Origin: Bacillota bacterium
GTDB lineage: Bacteria; Bacillota; Clostridia; Christensenellales; SZUA-584
Reading direction: 5' to 3'
Assembly: GCA_023399095.1 (NCBI GenBank)
Contig: JAEWQS010000006.1
Coordinates: 4,550 to 68,549, forward strand
DNA length: 64,000 nucleotides
A program made the translations under genes and the position numbers. Each line of letters opens with the position of its first letter. Positions within the stretch are counted from its first letter, which is position 1. This document shows positions 27,625 to 34,915 of the stretch, piece after piece. Below the pieces are notes generated by a model, which was not told the DNA's origin, did not search any database, and worked only from the letters and a program-made list of their open reading frames with translations.

Positions 27625-29086
27625 TGATCTGGAAGAAATAGAGAGTGGTGCGTTTAATCAGGATACGCTCATAAGGGAATCGGTCGCTTCGCTGGCCAAA
27701 ATGTATTTCCCCGAATTTAATGTGCCTCGTTCTCAAACCTCCGAACCGGCAATCGAATCGGCAGATTTATTTGCCGATCCAATTCGCATCACTCCCCTGC
27801 TTCGATGGGACAAAGAAGAAACAACTTTGGACAGAAAAGAAGACTTGGATTTTACGCGCCAAGACTTTCCTATTCTTTCTGAACGAATAAACGATCATCC
27901 GCTTGTCTGGTTAGATAACGCCGCGACCACTCAAAAGCCTCAATGCGTAATCGACAGAATCAAGTCGTTTTACGAGCATGAAAACTCGAACGTACATCGC
28001 GGTGCGCATACGCTTGCCAAAAGAACGACAGATGCTTATGAAGACGCACGCGCCAAAGCCGCCGTTTTTCTCAATGCCTCTAAGCCCAAAGAGATTGTTT
28101 TTGTTCGCGGCACCACAGAAGCCATTAACCTTGTGGCGCATTCGTACGGTCTCACCCATCTGGATGAAGGCGATGAAGTGCTTATCACGCAGCTGGAACA
28201 CCATGCCAATTTCGTGCCATGGCAGATCGTCTGCGCCAAAACAGGCGCAAAGCTTAAGGCGTCGCCGGTTAACGAGCATGGGCAAGTTGACTTGGCAGCG
28301 TTTGAAAAGTTGCTCAACAGCAAGACAAAGATGGTGGCCATCACGCATGTGTCCAACGCGATTGGCACAATAACTCCTGCTGCTCAAATGATACGAATGG
28401 CGCACGAATATGGCGCCAGAGTGCTGGTGGACGGTGCACAGGCGGTGGCGCATCTGGCGGTGGATGTACAGGCGCTGGATTGCGATTTTTACGTATTTTC
28501 GGGTCATAAAGTATTCGGCCCCACGGGCATTGGGATTCTGTATGCAAAATCCAAGTTGCTTGATGAGATGCCGCCCTATCAGGGCGGCGGCAGCATGATC
28601 GAGGATGTTTCGTTAGAAAGCACAAAATATAAAGCCCCTCCCCACCGTTTTGAAGCGGGAACGGGCAATATCGCGGGTGCAATAGGGCTTGGCGCGGCGC
28701 TTGATTATGTCAGGTGCGTGGGGCTTGATCGTATCGAGCAATACGAACAACGCTTGCTCACACTCGCTATTAAGTCTTTGGAAAGTGTCCCGGGTCTTAA
28801 GTTCATAGGCAAGCCGCAAACAGGAATCGTTTCGTTTTTACTGAATGACGTTTCTCCGGATGAAGTCGGAAAGCGGCTCGACGAGAAAGGCATTGCCGTC
28901 CGTGCGGGCCACCACTGCGCCCAGCCCATACTACGGCATCTCGGCTATGAAAGCACCGTCCGTATGTCGCTTGCCTTTTACAACACACGATCTGAAATTG
29001 ACCGTCTTGCAAACGTACTTAAGAACACCGGCAAAGCCACATCGTATTGGACTTTTCCGCCTATTCCTCCAGCAATGCCTGATTAA
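27611..29086 (+). CDS. SufS/type II cysteine desulfurase with an ~80-aa N-terminal extension (encapsulin cargo type)
   Basis: PLP lysine in FSGHKVFGPTGIG, catalytic Cys in RAGHHCAQP, and LDNAATTQKP near the core N-terminus. The N-terminal extension contains SLAKMYFPEF. The ATG overlaps the shell gene end by 14 nt. Confidence 0.85.
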   Translation: MIINNDLEEIESGAFNQDTLIRESVASLAKMYFPEFNVPRSQTSEPAIESADLFADPIRITPLLRWDKEETTLDRKEDLDFTRQDFPILSERINDHPLVWLDNAATTQKPQCVIDRIKSFYEHENSNVHRGAHTLAKRTTDAYEDARAKAAVFLNASKPKEIVFVRGTTEAINLVAHSYGLTHLDEGDEVLITQLEHHANFVPWQIVCAKTGAKLKASPVNEHGQVDLAAFEKLLNSKTKMVAITHVSNAIGTITPAAQMIRMAHEYGARVLVDGAQAVAHLAVDVQALDCDFYVFSGHKVFGPTGIGILYAKSKLLDEMPPYQGGGSMIEDVSLESTKYKAPPHRFEAGTGNIAGAIGLGAALDYVRCVGLDRIEQYEQRLLTLAIKSLESVPGLKFIGKPQTGIVSFLLNDVSPDEVGKRLDEKGIAVRAGHHCAQPILRHLGYESTVRMSLAFYNTRSEIDRLANVLKNTGKATSYWTFPPIPPAMPD

Positions 29087-30125
29087 TAAGCTCCGCAACC
29101 AGATACTTGGCTTTAGACCATATCAGCGATTCAAAATCCGAATCATCATGCGGCGTGCTGCCATTGCCTGTGGGTGTAAGCTCCACACAAAATCCGGGAC
29201 GCGAGAAATCCTGCCGGAACCAGTTTTCAAATCCGGCGGCATATACCGCCGGATCTTCGGATACAGGCATCAGTTCATAGCCTGTCACATCCGCCATCGT
29301 TTGCGCGATAGACGAGCCCGCCTCAATGCTGTCCTGCGTACCGCTGTCCGCCCAGTAAATCACCTCGCCCTTGGTGTGGAAAGAAGCGGCGAGTAGAAAT
29401 TCGTTGCTTTTACAGAGCGTCATTATGGCCTGAACCTCGGGTTCGGTACCGGGTGCGATGCCCTTATACATTTCTGAACTCGGCATATCAGTATTACTCT
29501 GCTTTTCGTCCCAATGGCAGGGATACTGGCGGTTTAAATCCACACCGTTAATGTTGGCCTTCCATTCATCATAGCCTTCCTGTAGCATGCGCATAGATTT
29601 AACCTTCTCCGGATCCTTCACAGCCTCTACGCCGTTTTGTACGAGATTCACGCCATCAGGATTGACCATGGGCACAATATAAACCGTCACCTCATCAAGC
29701 AGTGCTTCTATATCATAATCGCCGAAAGCCTCATTTGTAGCATAACGGCGCGCATATTCATCAATCGTCTCCATCAGAAATGTGCTGGTAATGTATTCGC
29801 GCGCGTGATGCGTCCCCGCAAGCACAATTTTCTTTTCACCCTTGCCGAGCTTAATAAGCAAAAGCTCCCGCCCTTCAACGCTTTGTCCGATAGATTCTGT
29901 TGATATAATATCGGAATAACTTTCTGCCAGCAATTGCGCGTCGCTAAGCATTTGCTCATAGCTGTAGGTTTGAGAAGGGTTGACGATGTCTGCAACCTTA
30001 TCGGCTTTGATTGTTTGTTGCGGAATATCGCCTATCTCAACGACTTCAATATCCGGCTTGGGCGATGCACATGCGGATACGCTCAGAACCGCAATGATGA
30101 TCAATATCAATAGTGTTTTTTTCAT
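29061..30125 (-). CDS. M14 family zinc carboxypeptidase lipoprotein (gamma-D-glutamyl-meso-DAP peptidase-like)
   Basis: Signal peptide with lipobox LSVSAC. Zn motif HAREY, plus NPDG and a distal H in ASFHTKGE. Confidence 0.8.
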   Translation of the reverse strand: MKKTLLILIIIAVLSVSACASPKPDIEVVEIGDIPQQTIKADKVADIVNPSQTYSYEQMLSDAQLLAESYSDIISTESIGQSVEGRELLLIKLGKGEKKIVLAGTHHAREYITSTFLMETIDEYARRYATNEAFGDYDIEALLDEVTVYIVPMVNPDGVNLVQNGVEAVKDPEKVKSMRMLQEGYDEWKANINGVDLNRQYPCHWDEKQSNTDMPSSEMYKGIAPGTEPEVQAIMTLCKSNEFLLAASFHTKGEVIYWADSGTQDSIEAGSSIAQTMADVTGYELMPVSEDPAVYAAGFENWFRQDFSRPGFCVELTPTGNGSTPHDDSDFESLIWSKAKYLVAELINQALLEE

Positions 30126-30290
30126 GATGTCCCTTTCTGTTATACTTGAGCTGTTGTATTCAGTATAGCATTTATTATTTGCTGTTTAGCAAATAAACGT
30201 AACATTATGACGAATGATTTCACCGTTTTGATCCCATAAAAATAAAAAAGTCTCAAAGTGCTAAGACAGTTACTCATGTGCTTGTAAAAT

Positions 30291-30968
30291 TTATGTTTTA
30301 AAAATGTAACCATATCCCCAAACAGTCTCTAAAAACTTATGGTATGGTTTGATATTTTCGCGGAGTGTCTTTATATGCGTATCCACAGTGCGATCCGTGC
30401 CGAAGAAATCCTCTCCCCAGACCTCTCTTAATATCATATCTCGGGAAAAAGCACGATTGTGGTTTTTGGCAAGAAAAACAAGCAGTTTGTATTCCTTGGG
30501 CGTTAATAGTATGCCTTCTCCTTCCACATAAACCACATGTGAAATAACATCAATACACAAGCCGTCGAAAATGAGCCGCCGCGGTGTATATTCTTCATGA
30601 TGGGCGCTGTGGCGCAGCAAAACATGAATACGCGCCATAAGCACCTTGCACGAATATGGGATGTTTAAAAAGTCATCCACGCCAAGATCGAAGAAAAAAA
30701 GCTTTTGTTCTTCGCTGCCGTTCCTGGACAATATGATGATTGGCGTCTGAGAGCTTTTGCGAATCTGCCGGCACACAAGCCATGCATCCAGCTCGGGAAG
30801 CTCCGCATTCATCACAATAATATGATAGTCATGACGCCTAAACATTTTTAGTGCGGCGATACCGTCGGCGGCTTCGTCAACGACAAAGTTCTCAAGTGCT
30901 GCGTGTGTTTTTACCGTTGCTCTCAAATCTGCTGCCGGATCGACGACCAATAAGCTAATATCACTCAT
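30291..30968 (-). CDS. Orphan OmpR/PhoB-family response regulator with a degenerate (aspartate-less) receiver domain
   Basis: The C-terminal winged helix (LTPKEYKLLVFLA...VDTHIKTLR.KI.......TVWGYGY) is intact. In the receiver, the phospho-acceptor position reads IIVMNAELP (Asn) and the conserved Lys position reads LNIPY (Ile). Confidence 0.8.
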   Translation of the reverse strand: MSDISLLVVDPAADLRATVKTHAALENFVVDEAADGIAALKMFRRHDYHIIVMNAELPELDAWLVCRQIRKSSQTPIIILSRNGSEEQKLFFFDLGVDDFLNIPYSCKVLMARIHVLLRHSAHHEEYTPRRLIFDGLCIDVISHVVYVEGEGILLTPKEYKLLVFLAKNHNRAFSRDMILREVWGEDFFGTDRTVDTHIKTLRENIKPYHKFLETVWGYGYIFKT

Positions 30969-31278
30969 TATCGGACCCTTTTTTTAATCTGAATCGCTCA
31001 CGTAGCTTATGAAATTTCTCTGGATGTGTGAATGTAATAATAAATATTCTATATCAATCGTATGATAGAAGCAAGTGGTGACATGATTTTAATGAAAATG
31101 TGATGATTCTGTGAAGGAAACAATGATATTACCATGATTTACAGCTTTAAAACGGACCTATAAGAATATAATTGTGAAGATTCATCATTTTTTCATAACA
31201 ATGCTTTGATATGATGCCATTATACCATGAATAAACTTTCAACATCCTGTCAAAATATATCGCGCTTGGAGGTAAAAA

Positions 31279-31791
31279 ATGAGCACAAAACCTGTTAAAG
31301 CCAAGCAAGGCTGCTGCAAGGAATGCAATGATGACAAATTCGCAGCCATTGCCAACGTCATTGATTTGTACAAGGACAAGGAAGGAAGCCTGATACAGAT
31401 CCTCCATCTTGCCCAGCAGATCTATGGATATCTGCCGCTGGAGGTTCAGATCTTCATCGCGGATTCGCTTAAAGTTCCGCTGTCCGAGGTATCCGGGGTG
31501 ATTACATTTTACTCGTTTTTCTCCACTGAGCCAAGAGGACGCCATACCATTCGCGTCTGCCTTGGAACAGCTTGCTACGTAAGAGGCGGCAAAAAAATTG
31601 TGGAAAGCCTCAAGGAAAAGCTGGACGTGGATATTGGCTCCACAACCAAGGATGGTAAATTCACTTTTGAGGTTGCAAGATGCATTGGCGCTTGCGGGCT
31701 TGCTCCGGCCATGATGATAGACGACGTTGTCTACAAACAGGTTAATGTTAACAAACTCAATTCAATATTGGCCAAATATGATAACGAATAA
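31279..31791 (+). CDS. NuoE/HydC-like [2Fe-2S] thioredoxin-fold subunit
   Basis: Cys pattern VCLGTACYVRG...CIGACGLAP. GGAGG lies upstream. Confidence 0.85.
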   Translation: MSTKPVKAKQGCCKECNDDKFAAIANVIDLYKDKEGSLIQILHLAQQIYGYLPLEVQIFIADSLKVPLSEVSGVITFYSFFSTEPRGRHTIRVCLGTACYVRGGKKIVESLKEKLDVDIGSTTKDGKFTFEVARCIGACGLAPAMMIDDVVYKQVNVNKLNSILAKYDNE

Positions 31792-31804
31792 GGAGGTGAG
31801 CGGT

Positions 31805-34800
31805 ATGAAATCAGCCAGAATAAAGACAATTGACCAGCTAAACGAGATCAAGGAAAGATACAATTCCGAGCTGGAAAAATATAAATATCGGATATTCGTC
31901 TGCGCAGGCGCAGGCTGCGTCTCGTCTAACTGCTCTCTTGTCCGGGATGCAGTCATCAGTGAGCTTAAGAACGTCAAAATGCAGGATGAAGTTAAAGTGT
32001 TTGAAACCGGTTGTATGGGAACATGCGCGGTTGGCCCTGTCATGCTTGTGATGCCGGATAAGGTTTTCTACACAGAGCTTGATGAGGATAAAGCGCGTCA
32101 GATCGTCCGCACGCATATCAAAAACGGCCATACCATCGTCCCTTACACGTTCTATGACCATTCGCTTGGCGAACATATTCCAAACATCGACGACATCGGT
32201 TTCTTTAAAAAGCAGGTCAAAATCGCTCTGCGCAACTGCGGCTCCATGGAATACGCGGACATTGAAGCCTATATTGCACGGGACGGCTATTACGCCGCTT
32301 ATAAAGCGCTAAAGGATATGACACCGCAGACAGTCGTACAGGAGGTCAAAACGTCGGGCATCAAGGGGCGCGGCGGTGCAGGCTTCCCCACAGGCGTAAA
32401 ATGGGATGCGGCTCATAAGCAGCAAAGTGAAAGCAAGTATATCGTATGCAACGCGGACGAGGGTGATCCAGGCGCTTTCATGGACAGAAGCATTATCGAG
32501 GGTGATCCCCATACCGTCATCGAAGGCATGCTGATCGGTGGATATGCCATTGGAGCCACAACGGGTTACATCTACGTGCGTGCTGAGTACCCCATCGCGG
32601 TAGACAGAATGACGGCGGCACTGGATGAAGCGAGAAACAGAGGTTTGCTCGGGAAAAACATATTCGGGAGCGGCTTTTCATTTGATATCGAGCTAAGAAT
32701 CGGCGCGGGCGCTTTTGTATGCGGTGAGGAAACATCGCTGATGGCGTCTATTGAAGGCCATCGCGGCGAGCCAAAGCAAAAACCGCCTTTCCCGTTCCAA
32801 AGAGGTCTTTTCGGCAAGCCGACCATCATAAACAATGTCGAGACGCTGGCGAGCATACCGATGATCATACTCAGCGGCGGCGAGTGGTACACACAGTTCG
32901 GCACCGAAAAGAGCAGAGGCACAAAAGTCTTTGCGCTTGCGGGTGACGTCATGAACACGGGTATCGTTGAAGTGCCCATCGGCATACCGCTTGGCGATAT
33001 CATATTCGAAATCGGAGGCGGAACCGTCAACAAGAAGAAATTCAAATCCGCGCAGATCGGCGGACCTTCGGGCGGCTGCATCACGACGGATAATCTCAAC
33101 GTACCGACAGACTACGAACCGTTAAAGGAGCTGGGTGCGATTATGGGCTCGGGCGGGCTTATCGTTATGAACGAGGATACCTGCATGGTCGATACCGCAC
33201 GGTTTTTTATGGATTTTATCAAGGATGAATCCTGCGGCAAATGTACGGCCTGTCGTATCGGCACCAAACGCATGCTTGAGATACTCGAGCGTATCACACG
33301 GGGCGAAGGTGAAGAAGGCGATGTGGAGCTGCTCATCGAGCTTGGCGAGACAATTCAGGAGACAGCCATGTGCGGCCTCGGTCAGACGGCGCCGAATCCT
33401 GTGCTTTCCACCATCAAGTATTTCCGCGAGGAATATGACGAGCACATCAGAAACAAATACTGCCGCGCGGGTGTGTGCAGCGATCTGTTCATTTCGCCGT
33501 GTGAGAATACGTGCCCCGCCAATGTCAACGTGCCGGGTTATATGTCGCTTATCGCCGCAGGACGGTTCACCGATGCGTATAAGCTGATCCGGCAGGAAAA
33601 CCCCTTCCCTGCCGTTTGCGGACGAATCTGCACACGGCCATGCGAAAGCAAATGCCGTAGGCGCACGGTCGACGAAGCGCTGGCCATTTGCGATCTCAAG
33701 CGGTTTGTCGCCGACTACGCAATGAATAATGGTAAAAATGCGTATCAGACCGATGTTGTGTTCCCGAAAAACGGGAAGAGTATTGCAGTGATCGGCGCGG
33801 GCGCGTCGGGGCTGACGTGCGCGTATTATCTTGCGCGTATCGGTTATGATGTGGATGTATTTGAATCGCATAACACAGCAGGCGGCGTGCTGGCATATGG
33901 CATTCCCGAATACCGTCTGCCCAAGGACGTGCTTGACTATGAAGTCAGGCTCATCGAACAGGCGGGTGTCAAAATTCATTTAAATACTGAGGTGGGGCGT
34001 GATATCACGTTCAAAGAGCTCAAAGCGACATATGACGCGATTTATATCGCAACGGGTACGCAATTGCCGCAAAAAATCAATGTGCCCGGAGAGAGCCTTC
34101 CAGGCGTTATGCATGGCATCAAGTTTTTAAAGAAAGCCAACACGCACTCTCCCATCGAAATGGGCAAAAACGTGGTCGTCATCGGCGGCGGCAATACGGC
34201 GATAGACTCCGCAAGGACAGCGCTGCGTTTGGGAGCGGAAAAGGTGACGATACTGTACAGGCGCACCTGTGATTCAATGCCGGCGTACGAGCAGGAAATA
34301 CGTGAAGCCGTGGAAGAAGGCATTGAGATCATATCACTTGCTGCACCCGTGCGCTTCATTCAGGGCGCTGATGGACGCATATCAAAAATCGAATGTATCA
34401 AGATGTGCCTTGGCGATTTCGATGCGTCTTGCCGCAGGCGCAGCGTTTACGTGGAGGATTCAAATTTCTTCATTGATGCCGATATGGTCATACCTGCTGT
34501 CAGCCAGTTTGCAGATTTCCCGTTTATCGGAAAAGACGAGATTGGCCTGACGCCTTGGGGCACGTTTATACTGCAAAGCGATACGCAGATGACCACGATG
34601 GATGGCGTATTCGCTGGCGGCGATGTCACCCGCGGGCCTGACGAGGTGATACGCGCGATTGCGGACGGTAAAAAAGCAGCAATTTCAATCGACAAATATC
34701 TTGGCGGCAAAGGCCATCTCAATAAGGGTGAACCAATTGACATTCCCGAAACCACGGATGAAGACGACATCGTGGCTCATGGCCGGTTTGATCTTGAGAT

Positions 34801-34909
34801 ACTTGATCCGAAAACACGTAAATATTCATTCGACGAAGTGATTAAGGGTTACCATAAGCTCAATGCGATGGCAGAAGCGATGCGCTGTCTGCATTGTGAA
34901 AGGAGGTAG
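31805..34909 (+). CDS. Fusion protein of a NuoF/HydB-like FMN/NADH subunit (N-terminal ~550 aa) and a GltD/NfnB-like FAD/NAD(P)H oxidoreductase (C-terminal ~480 aa)
   Basis: N-terminal 2Fe-2S thioredoxin-like domain (CAGAGC...CMGTC). NuoF motifs are GRGGAGFPTG, NADEGDPGAFMDR and ESCGKCTACRIG. These are followed by GltD-type Cys motifs (CENTCP...CGRICTRPCESKC), IAVIGAGASGL (FAD) and VVVIGGGNTAID (NADPH). ATG at 31805 follows AAGGAGGTGA. Confidence 0.85.
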   Translation: MKSARIKTIDQLNEIKERYNSELEKYKYRIFVCAGAGCVSSNCSLVRDAVISELKNVKMQDEVKVFETGCMGTCAVGPVMLVMPDKVFYTELDEDKARQIVRTHIKNGHTIVPYTFYDHSLGEHIPNIDDIGFFKKQVKIALRNCGSMEYADIEAYIARDGYYAAYKALKDMTPQTVVQEVKTSGIKGRGGAGFPTGVKWDAAHKQQSESKYIVCNADEGDPGAFMDRSIIEGDPHTVIEGMLIGGYAIGATTGYIYVRAEYPIAVDRMTAALDEARNRGLLGKNIFGSGFSFDIELRIGAGAFVCGEETSLMASIEGHRGEPKQKPPFPFQRGLFGKPTIINNVETLASIPMIILSGGEWYTQFGTEKSRGTKVFALAGDVMNTGIVEVPIGIPLGDIIFEIGGGTVNKKKFKSAQIGGPSGGCITTDNLNVPTDYEPLKELGAIMGSGGLIVMNEDTCMVDTARFFMDFIKDESCGKCTACRIGTKRMLEILERITRGEGEEGDVELLIELGETIQETAMCGLGQTAPNPVLSTIKYFREEYDEHIRNKYCRAGVCSDLFISPCENTCPANVNVPGYMSLIAAGRFTDAYKLIRQENPFPAVCGRICTRPCESKCRRRTVDEALAICDLKRFVADYAMNNGKNAYQTDVVFPKNGKSIAVIGAGASGLTCAYYLARIGYDVDVFESHNTAGGVLAYGIPEYRLPKDVLDYEVRLIEQAGVKIHLNTEVGRDITFKELKATYDAIYIATGTQLPQKINVPGESLPGVMHGIKFLKKANTHSPIEMGKNVVVIGGGNTAIDSARTALRLGAEKVTILYRRTCDSMPAYEQEIREAVEEGIEIISLAAPVRFIQGADGRISKIECIKMCLGDFDASCRRRSVYVEDSNFFIDADMVIPAVSQFADFPFIGKDEIGLTPWGTFILQSDTQMTTMDGVFAGGDVTRGPDEVIRAIADGKKAAISIDKYLGGKGHLNKGEPIDIPETTDEDDIVAHGRFDLEILDPKTRKYSFDEVIKGYHKLNAMAEAMRCLHCERR

Positions 34910-34915
34910 TCAGAT

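Noticed and set aside
30174-30196. AT-rich hairpin (TTATTTGC/GCAAATAA) as a terminator for the orphan response-regulator gene
   Set aside because: The stem is all A/T apart from two GC pairs and has no clear T-run. It is too weak to call.
31027-31198. Possible Rex operators upstream of the hydrogenase-type operon. TGTGAA occurs at 31027, 31110 and 31173, TGTGAT at 31099, and TTCATAA at 31192.
   Set aside because: No pair forms the TTGTGAA-N4-TTCACAA (or TTGTTAA-N4-TTAACAA) inverted repeat. The only palindromic pairing has a 13-nt gap. I treat these as chance half-sites unless a PWM scan says otherwise.
32572-33979. Long antisense ORFs inside the NuoF-GltD fusion gene (32572-33099, 33122-33979). 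Similar ones lie inside hydA (35389-35922, 35879-36289).
   Set aside because: The sense-strand products carry dense, canonical cofactor motifs. The antisense ORFs are typical shadows in relatively GC-rich coding DNA.
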